A stretch of 64,000 nucleotides of DNA from Trichosphaerium sp. ATCC 40318 (lineage: Eukaryota; Protista; Tubulinea). This document shows positions 38,000 to 50,909 of this stretch, one piece after another. The notes under the pieces are model-generated. The model was not told the DNA's origin. It was given only the letters and a program-made list of their open reading frames with translations, and did not search any database. Both the position numbers and the translations under genes were made by a program. The stretch is from NCBI GenBank assembly GCA_038496445.1, contig JALMLS010000455.1, forward strand, positions 434,001 to 498,000, read 5' to 3'. The stretch's first letter is position 1, and each line of letters begins with the position of its first letter.

Positions 38000-39065
38000 A
38001 TGTTTCCCATGCGTATTTACGTGTGTACAACAAGTGGCACTGCTTAGCAAAATTCGCTCTATCAGCACATCTAACTTACAAGCGCTGCCAGTCGAGATTA
38101 TCGTTCATATTATAAAACAAGGGACGTTTACTCTTCGTTCAGCTCAAACATGCCGCTTTTTTCGAGATATTGTCCACAACCATGTTGGATATGGTGTTAT
38201 CGGCCTTTCAACCTTAAATGAAATGTTCATGCTCTCTGGGAGCCCTTTACTTAAGAATACAAAAATTTATGTCATGCTCGGTATTGAGTCATTAGATAGA
38301 GGTCTTAAAGCATTGGCTGGAGTACACACAATCGATCTTTCAGAGACGTATGTAACAGATGAAGGTTTGAAGGCATTGGCAGGTGTACATACCATTGAGT
38401 TAACGGACTGTAATAGTATTACAGACGAGGGTCTTAAGGCGTTAGCTGGGGTACATAGAATTGACATATCAAAGACAAACATAACAAATGAGGGTATTAA
38501 AGCGTTGGCTGGTGTACATACTATAACGATGTACAACTGCAGTATTTCAGACGAAGGTATTGCAGCTTTAGCTGGTGTACATGCAATTTATCTATCATGG
38601 ACAAGTATAACAGATGAAGGTTTGAAAGCATTAGCTGGTGTACATACAATTGACCTAGAAAGGACAAACGTAACAGATGAAGGTTTGAAGGCATTGGCTG
38701 GTGTACACAGCATTGATTTATCTGGTTTGAATATCACTGATGAAGGTATTTCAGCTTTAGCTGGTGTGTATGCTATCTTTTTGTGTGGGTGTAAACACAT
38801 CACTGACAAAGGTGTCTCAGCTTTAGTTGGTGTACAAAAGATTTCGCTTGCTTGTTGTATGGGTATCACAGGATCATGTATGAAAGATCTTGCAGATGCA
38901 CATACCATAAATCTATCAATGACAAATGCAACTGATGATTGGCTTGTTCCACTTGGTGGAGTCAAACAATTGTGTCTACGTTCTTGTACCAAAATCACAG
39001 ATGTAGCTATAAAGTCACTGAAAGATGTGGAGATTTGTGATTATCTTGACAGTTTTTGTTTTTAA
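38000..39065 (+). CDS. F-box/leucine-rich-repeat protein, intronless
   Basis: LQALPVEIIVHII F-box-like segment, then about 11 repeats of the 21-22-aa unit TDEGLKALAGVHTIDLSxTxI. Confidence 0.88.
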
Positions 39066-39891
39066 GACTGCTATGGACAATACAAGTAAGGAAATTAGAT
39101 AGTAGAAAATGACACTAGATGTAGAACTTAAATAAATAGTAACAAGCGAGTACAAGGCAGCTAGCTAACCCATTGTTTTTGACAATTTTTCTTAACTTTT
39201 TTCCTCACCAAAAAAAAAAGGTAATCAAACACAAGGTACATGTAATAGAGTATTACGTGCATTGTCTATAAGGTGATATGGACCTCACTTTGATGACATT
39301 TAGAGTCAGCGCTGATAGATCAAGAAGAAGTCTGTTACTCAGCAAAGTGTTGTTTAGAAATGTAAAGAGAAAGAGCTTGAAAAAGCTTAGAGTTGTTGCT
39401 AAACTTGCAAACGCGACATAGTGGCTTTGAGGCTGTACAAAGTGGGATGATTAAAAAAGCGATGGTTTTGCTTGGAATCAACGATCTGCTACAGTTTTCT
39501 AAACTAGGAATGGTTTCATATCTTTACCACGAAAATGCCTTTACATCGAACAAATTACTAGTTGTCTTCGTGACCAAAAGTCAGCTGGGTAAATAAGTCA
39601 AAAAACGCCAGCAAAAAATCAATGAAAAATAACAACAGTTCCACTAACATCATTGAACTTCACTCATTTGGGGTACCAAGCATTTGGTAAGCGTGACAAT
39701 GGATGTTTGCCTTAAGGCCCGCGCTATAGAGAAGCCTAATTCACGGCTAGTCAATTGTGTTGACGGTTACCGAGATTGATGACACGCATCAACGAAAAGA
39801 AATTAAGTTTGTATTTACTATTTGATGTTTCTGTTTTCTCTTAAGAGAGAAATCGTCAACGCTAGTATTAACATAATTTTATCTTCTAACT

Positions 39892-40705
39892 ATGAACCGC
39901 ACAGTACCAATAACCGATATTTCTGAGTACTTTGGACTTCCAGAGGATATGGTAACAATAATAGTCGAAGACAAGAAGTTCTATGCCCACGAAACTATCT
40001 TAACGATGCATAGCCCAGTATTCGAAGCTATGTTAAAGCATCCCTTGAAAGAGGGAACTAGTAGAGTTATCAAACTTGAGGTACAGATTTTTAATCAATC
40101 ACTCAACTCATATCGAAAAACTTGCCTAAAAGAAGTTTGTGCAGATTTTCTGTTAAGACTGACGCTGTGTAGGGTAAAACATACCAAGATGTTTTCAATC
40201 TCTTATCACATGTGTATGACCCACAGCCTATACCCGAGGAGAATTTGGTGAGGTTATTGGAGCTTGCTAGAGAGTATATGATGCAGCGACTTATTGAGAA
40301 ATGTGTTAGAGCAATAGAAAACCTTCCTTGCAGCCCAGGTAGGTAGATCTAAAGATTTAGTAATAAAATTATGTTGTAGAGCGGTTCTTGGCCGTTGATC
40401 AGTGTGGACAACAATTCGAAAGTATCATTGCCTCCAAGTTTTTAGCTTGGGCAGTTGTACATTTCGCAAGTTTATCTACCGTTTTACATTTGTTATCACG
40501 TGAAACTACCTCTTTGCTAGCACAAAAAGCAGGTTCAATTATTAATCATATGGTTTCAGAGGTTGATCGCCTAGACCCTGTTTTAAGAAAATTGGCTGCG
40601 AAAACTGTGCGTGGCTATCCGAACCATCTTGTTGTGTTATTCAACAACAAAAAGTACACAATCTCACAGCCGCAAAACGGGTGGCACTTTCAGAAAATTA
40701 CTTAA
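39892..40705 (+). CDS. BTB/POZ domain protein
   Basis: VTIIVEDKKFYAHETILTMHSPVFEAML...I.LE and LLELAREY. Two GT-AG introns. Confidence 0.85.
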
Positions 40706-40936
40706 TACCATTTGCAAATCTAAATTACTAGTAAATAAATCTTTCAATAAGCCTTTCTAGAGTTTCGATTTCATACTAAATTTTCATAAGAGTAAAACTA
40801 TTTAATTCAGGTTCAATAATAATGGAGCACTTATAATCTTACAGCTCTTTGAATGTCTTCAATAAATTCTTATTTCAAATGAGAAAAGAGTTTTTATTAT
40901 CAACACAAAACAAAGTTGCAAACACTTACAGCCAGT

Positions 40937-42184
40937 TCAGTTTTTATTGCGTTTACGAAGCTCGTGTTCGAGTACACGCCAAGAAGTATGCACGCCAGTA
41001 CAACTAAATACAAGAAGTAGCACTATATTTAGAACAAGCATAACAACACTGAACGGTATAACAGAATATGTCAATCCTCTGAAAGTATACCCTTCACAAT
41101 TATCAAAATCAACATGATATACATTCATAATGATACCCCAAGTGAGAATAATAATATAACAAGAAAAGTTAAACACGTGATAATAAAAAATAAATGGGTA
41201 TAACATGAGACCAACAATACCAATCCAATTACTAACTTGTACCCTCGCTTTCATACCTTTCTCGCATTTCTCGTTATTAATACTATGTTGAGCACATACT
41301 GTGTTTGATATTGAGCATGTTAGAGTATCAGCTGATAGTCCTGTTCTTCTAGCAACAATAAATTCTTGAAGAAGTTCCTCACGTGATAAATCAGCACATG
41401 CTTCTTGTTTATCATAAATCGTAAAGTTACACGGAGTGTCACTTTCTGTTCGGATATACTCAGCAGAAACAAACTCTATTGTACTACCTAGAAAGACATA
41501 TTAGGCGATGTTCAAAAGATACAATAAAAATCCTTGTAACACCGTTGACACGTGTTCACAAGTTGTTTTTAAGCGTCAATAAATATCCGTTACAAAGTTT
41601 TGTTTTCGTAGAGTTTTGGCGTTTTAAAACAATAAAGTGAATCTGTACTTGAACAAACGCCACCAAGCTGCGTATCTCTGTTTTCAAATAGCTGGTCTCT
41701 GCCGAATACGAAAATTCTGTTGCTCAACGCAGCACGTGGGGTAGTTTCATCAGAACAATATACGTTGAGTATTGTATTAACTCTGGCTGCTGATTGGGTC
41801 AGATTGACATCTTCTGTAGTTGCCAGTACTGCCAAGACAACAAATATAAGAAACACGCTATAAAAACAATATTAATACGATACAATATGCGTTCAGCATG
41901 TCCCAGCGTATGGAGACAAAAAAAAACTTGTTGAAGGCGAAAACAAAACAGTGTCGACTCCACGTGTTGTAAAGATAACGCTACGTGCTCTAAAATGCTG
42001 TAGGAGAGATTTTCAATATGATAACGGTTTGTATAACGTACTTGACGTTGTTTGCTGTTGTTCTTGCAAAGAACACATGCCAGTAGCTATCTGTATCTGT
42101 CTTCGATGATTGTTTTTCTTTATTTAACGTATCTCCTCTAGTGACATCATCTAACTCGATATCTTCGTCAGTATTTGAAGTCAT
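40937..42184 (-). CDS. Hypothetical multi-pass membrane protein; 5' exons unresolved
   Basis: Collinear ORF pieces with hydrophobic segments and GT/AG signals between them. Confidence 0.45.
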
Positions 42185-43306
42185 AGTATTAATGTTTAGG
42201 AACTACTAGTAGGTGGCACCACTCTCGTGTTTCACAGAAGAAGGGCAATCTTAACTAGTAATCAAAATATGAATGAAGGATGTGGAACATTTCAAGCGTT
42301 TGGTTGATTGTCTAGACAATCGAAAGAAATGCGTACCTTACAGGTTAGATTCACGCATTCTTGTTGATCTACGATACCAGATTCAAGGAGAGAATACGTC
42401 TCAGTCATCTTCGATCCCTGGATCACGTAGCGAGACCCTTCCCAAGCCTTATAACCATGAAGGTACTTATTCTCAAAACTGTTTGAATTTTAATATGCCA
42501 TTGTATAGAACTGCTACTTGCCGATGTTGTTTTACAATACTACCATACTTAAACAACTACCTCTCACTTTTCAAACGCCAGTAAAATACAAATTTATACT
42601 GTCACAATAAAGATGATAGCGAGCAATAATCACAATAGCCTAACCCCTTTTCATCTTTTTTTTTTTTCAAAATGTTCACACGAGTCTCCTTAGGTGTAGA
42701 ATAAATCTGCTCGTGGCTAAGCAGGAGCCACCAATACTAAATATCCTTCCTAGAGTGCTCCTTTATATTGACAACTTCGTTGCCCTGGAACGGGAGCCTC
42801 CTCAAGTAGCCAAAAAGACAGTAGCGTCCTTAAGACAAGATTTAACCAACAAGTGTTGTTTTTGTAGCAAACTGGGTGTACTTGACTTCCTAAGGTTACA
42901 GGATTACACTTCGATATCGTTACATGTTCTTATGAAAATCACAAAAAAAAAAAACCAGCGAAGTGCAAAGGTTTTGTTGAATATTCAAAGTATTGCTTCA
43001 CCAAATGGTAACACATGAACCTAAGACTTGATGTACAGGCTACATTTATACCTGTCCTCAAGGCTTAAACAAACCATGGTCAAAGTTGACAAACAGCGGA
43101 GTAGGTTTCATGCGAACTTTTTAGCTAAAATGAAGGTTCCTTTAAGGAGTTTAATGTTTAACGCAAAAAATTCGACTCTTCCAGCAACCAGTCGAATCAT
43201 TTGATCTTGCGTTCTTAAATAAATTCGGTGTAGAAGGGAAAATATGTGAGTTGTAAATACGTGCACACTCAAAAAGCTAAAACAAAACGAAAAAAAAAGC
43301 AACTTG

Positions 43307-44455
43307 ATGACAACACCTCGCTTTATCTTCCTATCCCTAGTTCTCTTTGGCATGGTACTTGCGTACTGGACTCCTTTCGCTGGTAATGCATCGCCTTCTC
43401 ATATCACTGCCAAGAGATATGACAACATGTTCTTCAGCGGAGGTCCCTTCACTGTTGAAACGTGGATAATCCAACCTGGAGACAAATTCATACAGATGGA
43501 ATGGTTGGGTCATACCCGAGTAGCCTCTTTCACCCTCTTTATCAAGCCCGGCCTTAAGTGGATGCTAGCGTGGGTAGACTCCAACGGCGATTGGAGATAC
43601 CAAGCAAAAGGCGGACGAACTATTGGCACCTGGCCTACATCTTCTTCCGATCAATACGTTTCAGGTAGCTTTCGAGGAAACCTTGAAAAGGATTTGCTCA
43701 TTTCGAACCCCAATGGTCGCTATGCTACGCTTAAACTAGACTTGACGGTCGCAAACACCAATGGATTCTTTAATTACATCTTTAACTGGGTACAACTCCA
43801 GTATGCCTCAAACGCTAATGTTCAAGCAAACGATAAACTCATCTCTGGTTTCTTCGATCATACTCTCAGAATAAGACAAGAATATGTTGTGTTGATCAAA
43901 CCAACAGGGTACTACGTCATGAAGTTCAATACCGTAACGAACAACTGGGATATCCTCTCAAGCTCCAGCAACGGACAAATTTACTGGTGGGTTATTAATC
44001 AATCGAGTGACAAGTACATCGTAGGCGGATTCGAAAACCGAGCACATGACCTCCTCCTTTGTGTTAATCCTAACGGATGGCATCATCTCATGAAATTAAA
44101 CCCAGCAACGAATACCTTCCAGTTCATCGAAGGTGGCTCAAACGGCAAAATTGGCACGTGGACAATCGGTCATCACAACAGATTTCTTGCGGGGAAGTTT
44201 GACGGTTCAATCAATGGCGGAATAAATCCTCCGCATCACTTGCTCGCTATTGATCCAAGTGGTAATTCCAAAACACTTGAACTAGTAAATAACCATTGGA
44301 CGCAAGTAGCAACGAACAACGGAGATGGTAGGATTGCTGGATGGCATATTGGTTGGGGTGATCACTATGTACGAGTTGAATCATTTGATGACAACCGATA
44401 TAGAGTACTAGCATTTAACAACGGTGGCTGGTGGAAAAGTATGCAACTGTTGTAA
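43307..44455 (+). CDS. Secreted repeat protein, probable FG-GAP/VCBS-like beta-propeller, intronless
   Basis: Signal peptide and 4-5 repeats of G-x-I-G-x-W...D-x-Y/F-x-x-G-x-F...DLL...NPNG. Confidence 0.8.
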   Translation: MTTPRFIFLSLVLFGMVLAYWTPFAGNASPSHITAKRYDNMFFSGGPFTVETWIIQPGDKFIQMEWLGHTRVASFTLFIKPGLKWMLAWVDSNGDWRYQAKGGRTIGTWPTSSSDQYVSGSFRGNLEKDLLISNPNGRYATLKLDLTVANTNGFFNYIFNWVQLQYASNANVQANDKLISGFFDHTLRIRQEYVVLIKPTGYYVMKFNTVTNNWDILSSSSNGQIYWWVINQSSDKYIVGGFENRAHDLLLCVNPNGWHHLMKLNPATNTFQFIEGGSNGKIGTWTIGHHNRFLAGKFDGSINGGINPPHHLLAIDPSGNSKTLELVNNHWTQVATNNGDGRIAGWHIGWGDHYVRVESFDDNRYRVLAFNNGGWWKSMQLL

Positions 44456-44999
44456 ATAAACTGAATGTTTTACCCTGTTTCTGTTACCTTTTGTGCTTCT
44501 TGTTCAAAGTGAGTAACGCTCCAGACTCTTATATTCCTTGACTTAACCCTTAAATGTACTTTATAAAATATCTTTATATTCAACTCTGTTACGTTATCTC
44601 TAAACCTTACAATGTGCTTTTTGTCGGGTTTTAAAATGACCTGTGACTTTGATAAAAGGCTGTTGACCTTCACATTCTCACGAAGCAGGCACTTTCCGGT
44701 TGCCTTTAGCAAGTATTACAATGTACATTCGAAGTAGCCAAGGCAGCTATCAAACTAGGTATAGCAATCAACTGCACATAACTCATACTATTAATTACAA
44801 TGAAAACAGAATTAAATAGTTTCATAACATTGTCACTCTTTGCAATTACAAACGCCTCAACGAGTTGTTAAACACTATCATGCTAATATTACAACTCGCA
44901 ACAGGTTTTCCTTACATACAGAACGCGAAAACGGTTGGCTGGCTAGGTTGTTTTTGTCAAAGATATTCATGTTTAAACAGTTCGTTACAGCGTTTAACT

Positions 45000-47900
45000 A
45001 TGTCGCTGTTTCAGTACACCCTGATTTTATGTTGTACAGCATTTATATCAACAGTTCTATGCTCTCAAGTACAAAAAGGAAAATATGATGTCACGTGGAC
45101 AACACCAAGCACAGACGCCTATGGTACGTACTTTCTTTGGTAACAATAACGTTGAGAAGAAAAAAAATACCTTCAACGTATCTCTAACGGTTTAAAAGGA
45201 TCTATGCCTATTGGTAACGGCGATATTGGCGCAAACGTTTGGGCTTTGGTAAGGGTGATGGTTAAATCATTTCTCCTTAGTATTTGTTAGTCGAATGGCA
45301 CTGTATCTATTTTATTAAGCAAAACTGACGCGTGGAGTGAAACAGGGACCCTTTTTAAGGTCAGAAAACTTTTCTTCTTTTTTGATTCCAAAAACACGTG
45401 CTGAAAAAGTCGGTTGACTTTTCTTCTAGTTGAACTTATTGAATGTTGTGTTTGAGCCTAATCCGTTCACTTCTGCGTTCCGTCAACACCTTAATTTGAC
45501 AGCTGGTACAATATCTATAACTGATGATGGGTTTGAAGCGAAAGTATGGATGGATGCGACTTCGCCAAGATTTGTTCTCGAAACGACATCAACACGTGAT
45601 TTGGATGTAACTGCAAAGTGCGGTTGACAACACAATACTGTTATAACTTATATCTCTTTTAGGCTCGCGCCTTGGCGTTTATCTAAAGAGTCAGCGCAAG
45701 GTGATTTCTGCGGCAAACTATACATGTACCCTGATGTGCAGGTGTCGAACTTACCTTCCAAATGGGACCCTAACTCATGTACAATTTTACTTTTTCGATG
45801 CTGTGTTCCGTGACTTTCTTTAGTGGTGTGGTATCATAGAAATGACCCAGCCAATTCTCACTGGGCTCCGTCAATGAAGTACCAAGGATTGGAATCTTTG
45901 ATTCCATTTTTAGATGATCCGTTATCCAACAGGACTTTTGGTGGAGCAGTTTTGGTTCGTAATACTCTAGTTCAAAGAAAGACTTATTTGTGTTCCAAAA
46001 GGGTCAAGGTTTCAAGAGACTTGATGCGCAAACTATTCAACTTAAGAGCTCAAAATCTTCCGTCATCACTTCATATGCGTTGACCGAGCAAACGGATGAT
46101 GCGGACACGTGGATGAACAAATTATTGACTATTGTTGAAGACGGGCTTAAAAACGAAGTTTCAAAGGCTTATTCCAAGCACCTTTCAACTTGGGGTGATT
46201 TTTGGGAAAGGTAGAATGAACTTGAAACTATTCAAGGATATTTTCTAATGAACTTTTCTTGTAGAGGATACGTTGATGTCTCTACATCAAACTCAAGTTC
46301 AGATTTCGAGTTAGTTTCATTGAAATTTACATTGCAAAGATATATTGATAGATGTATGGTACGTCTCTTTACTCGATAATTAACTTGTCTTATGTAATAT
46401 ATAGGGTCTTGGTAACTCTCCAATAAAGTTTAATGGTCAAATATTTAACGCTGATTTTCCAAATCCTGATGTAAGGAAATGGGGTAGATGTTTATGGTTT
46501 CAAAACACAAGATTACCTTATTGGAATTTGATGGGAACAGGTGACTTTGATGAAATGTTCCCTTGGTATGAAATGGTACAACATTTATCAATCACGTGAT
46601 TTTTCTAATAATATAAAGTACCTCAATATTATACCAATGGCAGAGCGCCGATCTAAGGTGTACTTTGGTCACAGTGGATCTTTTTTTCCAGGTTTGCTTA
46701 ACTAAATTTTCGCTTGTTTTCTTCCTCTAAGTCGTGGTTTAGAGACTATGACGTTCTATGGATTATACTCTAATGCTGGTTTTGGTTACGGATGTGGTCA
46801 TAAAGAAGCCTTCAATATTGCCGATAATACTTACATACGATACTACTGGCAAGGTAACGTTTCCGCGGTTTTTTGGATGTTTTTAACTGTTTTTTTTTAG
46901 GTGGCATCGAGCTTACAATGATAATGCTCGATCACTTTGATATGACAAATGATATGGATATGCTTAAAAAGTATTTGGTGCCTATAGCAAGCTCAGTGAC
47001 AACTTTTTATAAAGAACATTGGCCTGAAAAAGACAAAAACGGCAAACAAATAATGTTCCCAAGTACGAAGAAAAGATCTTTTGTTATTATTCACATCCGA
47101 CAAGGTCAAAGTCTGGAAACGTGGCAATGTCCGGATAATTCTTCATGTGTTACAAATCCTACACCTGACATAGCAGGACTTCGAAAAATATTACCTAGAC
47201 TGTTGGCTCTACCATCGAGTGGTACGTTGTTAAACTGTATTTCAAATGGAGCATGTTAATATTTTGTAGCTACGACGCCATCTTTGATTGACCTATGGAA
47301 AACAATGCTTCAGCAGGTTCCAGATATTCCTGTAGTGGGTAAGATAAGCGTTTGGTAAGTTTATCCTAACAGGGTACTTCAAGGTGGTATCATACAACCC
47401 TGGGAAAAATTCACAGGACCAAGAACAAGAAACTCTGAAAACACAGAATTATATACTCTGTTCCCTTATAGAAATTACCTCCCTCTTAGCCCTAATATAA
47501 CTGTAGCTATGGACAGTTATAAAAAGAGAAGATTTCCATGCAACAAAGGTACAAACTAAACCAACGAGCAAAGAACCTTCCCACCTTTTCGTTACAAACC
47601 TTTTTCTACGGACTTGATGAAACAAGGTATCTTGTTAGTTAATGCCGTTATGATTTTAACTACAGATTTGCATGCACTCTCATGGGTACTAAGAACTCTT
47701 TTTAGGGTGGTGTCAAGATATTGTGGATGCAGCATTTCTAGGTGATTCTGAAGAAACTTTTAAACAAATACTTGGGCGCGCTGAGGCATGGATAGTTTTT
47801 GTTTAGGATGAGTTGTCTAATTCTTTCAAAAATAGTCAGGGTCATCTCCATATAGATTTTCAGGATTTGCAGGGAATTATCAAGACTATGCTCCAAGTGA

Positions 47901-48276
47901 AGATCATTATAGCAACCTCAAGACAGCAATACAATATGCTCTTTTACAGCCAACAGATGACAACGAAGGTAGCATCTTGCTATTCCCTGCTTGGTAAGAC
48001 GTTCTTTGTTCACATAATATCTAAGCTCCTGAAGTCTGTTTCAGTGTTTTAAGAAACGAACTACTCTTTAGAACACTACCATCTCTTGTGAATATTGACT
48101 AACTTATTTCCAAAAGGCCTGCTGATGTAAATGTTTCGTTTAAGCTCTACGGAGCAAAATCCACTATTATAGAAGCTACATGCACTGAAGGTAAACTGGT
48201 ATCATTGAAAATTGAACCAGAGAGTAGAAGGAGCGCTATCAAGTTCGGTAACGTTTGCAAGCCATCTTTTGATTGA
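45000..48276 (+). CDS. Secreted GH95-like glycoside hydrolase (DUF5703-type)
   Basis: GSMPIGNGDIGANVW, KTDAWSE, PIKFNG, WFQNTRLPYW, QSLETW, NSENTELY, GWCQD and LLFPAWP across about 16 exons. Confidence 0.85.
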
Positions 48277-48762
48277 TTTAAATCGTACCACGTTTCAAAC
48301 ACGGTGTATCACATGATGGGAAAAAAATCTTTCACCAACAAATAAACTGTCACTGACATATCAAATATTTTGTACTCACTAACATTTAATGTAAAGCAAC
48401 ATCCGGAACAGCTCATCCTTGTAATTAATTTGACTGATAACAACGATAACTTTCGGATAGGATTCACAGAAAGGATTACCGGCTTGAGAAAAATATTGAC
48501 AAAACTTTCGTTTAATCCATTACTAACGTACCACTCTTTGCGGTTTGTTTGTTTAAAAATGAGTTTCCTGATGAGGTTACAGAGGTACGGCCATGTATAA
48601 CGCTATTCTTCTCAACTGACACTCAATCTTCGTAAAAGATGCTGTAAATCGGCATAGACGCATCGAAAACGTAGTAACATACGCGTAAAGAACATTGCAA
48701 AGGGTACGCTTTAATTTCCTTATTTTTCATATCTATGACTTGAAAGCATCCCAACGTAAACA

Positions 48763-50220
48763 ATGTCTGCTGTGTCGACATTCATCAGCTCTCGTTGATT
48801 GATTTCTTGGTGAACATATCACAAAAGGCAACATTTACAATTTATCATTTACACCAACTTGACAAGTCGTGAAATAGGTAGTCTCAAACTCAAGCGTCAA
48901 GTACCACGCTGGCCAAATACTTCGTGCCCAATTGAGTGATGACAAAGTTCGTAAAATATTTGCCGAGTTTAAGAGAGGCCAACAACAGCAGAAAGGAGAA
49001 CTTGACAACCACAAACAAGAGGTTGACAAGCGCCAACAAGAGGTTGAAAAGTGCCAACAAAAGGTTAAAAAGCGCAAAGAAAAGGTTGAAAAAAAAAGCA
49101 AAAAGATACTGAGAAGGTGGTAAGAGAAATTGCAAAACATGACTCAGACATGACAGTATGTGCATCCTACAAATGGCAGTTGGGTTTGCTAACCCAATTT
49201 GTGTTTTATAGAAACCTAGTGGATATTACAGGATACACATTAAACCAATGGATTTGAGATTCAATTCATCAAATTGTCGACAAGATTGGTAGTGATCCAG
49301 TGTTCTATGCGACGCCATGTTACAATTTCATTGATAAAGGACTTGATATGTTGTTGGCATTTATGATGTAAGATGACTTTGGTTACACAGTGCCTCATTG
49401 GACACCAAGTCTCCCATCTTTTGCTTAAAACAGCCTCAATCAAATACAATCACTTGAATTCTGTGCTTGTAAACAGTTGGGAGAAGGTGGGTCATCACAA
49501 GCATGGCGTATATTATCACCAAACGGTGATGATAAAGTGTGGATTCTCAAAGAGTTCAAGAAGCATTGTGAAACTTTTGAGACTGAGATAGATTCTCTCA
49601 GATCTGAAGTCAAATTGTGTACCTCATCTCGAGTTTGCTGGAGAAACAGAATCCGGTAAAAAGTTTATTGTAACAACTCAAACTGTACCTCCTTTATCAA
49701 AACACAAAATGACTGCCAAGTCATTCAACTCATTGATCTTCTTGAAGGTGCTCACAAGCTTGGTATTGGTCAAAGGTATGTCCTACTAAACTAAGTGTTG
49801 TATTAACTTGATATTTTAGATATTGTTCCTCGTAATATTGTGTGTGATCAAGACACTGTTGTTCTATTTGACTGGGTATGCTCTTGTGCCATTGATGAAC
49901 CACAACAAGGATTTCACGGTGATCTATAGTATGCACATACAGAGCTTAAATCAAAAGTTAAGTCTGATCGAGAACTGAAAAATTAACTTAAGATCACCAT
50001 GTGTTGAATTGTACCGATTATCCATCTCCCATGTGCAGTTCATGATTGGTCCAATATCGTATTTGGTAAGGTATGGTACAGTGCCAACTCCTGTCTTTTG
50101 TTGCAGACGCACCAGAACCTGGTGCGATCTGATTGTTGTATTAAGAGAGTACAGTAGTAATAGTTTTAGCGCCTTTATTCTACTTTGAAAAAAAGGAACA
50201 ATTTTTTGCAGCATATTTCA
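48763..50220 (+). pseudogene. Decayed protein-kinase gene
   Basis: Fragments QLGEGGSSQAW, WILKEF, DIVPRNIV and VLFDW, broken by frameshifts and stops (for example GFHGDL*). Boundaries approximate. Confidence 0.55.
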
Positions 50221-50909
50221 GTGAATAAACAAGTCTGAAAGGCGAGTTTGTGAATGTGTAAAGCTCATTCACAATTAATTATGAAGACAAGTGTATCTAA
50301 AATGCAAAGCGTTTTGGTACACAAATAACTAACGACAAATATCAACAAAAGGCAATGCTTTTGTAAACAAGTTGCAGACACAATCTTGTAGCCAATAACT
50401 TTTTATGGTAAAGCTGTGCTGTTTTTCCATTCTTCCAGTCGCCATAGATATTCCCCTCTGGACTGAAGCTGTGTTGTGCAGCCATACTTAAGAGCAATAT
50501 CTCAATTTGGGTTAAGTTGCCAATGTTTATTTGAAATATAGCTTCTAGTGTCTACAAAAAAGGTATCACTTGTTCAAAAAAGCTGTATTGCCACTTGTTG
50601 TTTTAGGCCCTAATTTACTTGTACTATTCATTGCACAACCAGGCCGAAAAACAACTTGTTGTAAAATGACTCAGGTCTTAAAAAGATTTCCACTGACATC
50701 TACAAGAATAAGGTGCTGGGCAAGCTTATTATGAAAACTATGTACAAGATCTGTTATTAGTTGCACTTCTAACACTCTAGTATTGAACTAATGAAAGTAC
50801 TTCCAATTTCTATAAACATTTTTACAGCATACATAAACAAAAAGAGCCAAGTACATTATTTTTTTCTCTTTTTTTTTCTACTTTTTTTATAAAAAAACTG
50901 TGGTCATGT

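Noticed and set aside
38267-38998. Repetitive minus-strand ORFs (CTPANA...) and possible CRISPR-like periodicity
   Set aside because: These are the antisense shadow of the coding LRR repeats. There is no repeat-spacer structure.
42273-43018. ORF fragments on the plus strand
   Set aside because: Could not be joined into a gene or assigned to a family. Possibly decayed sequence.
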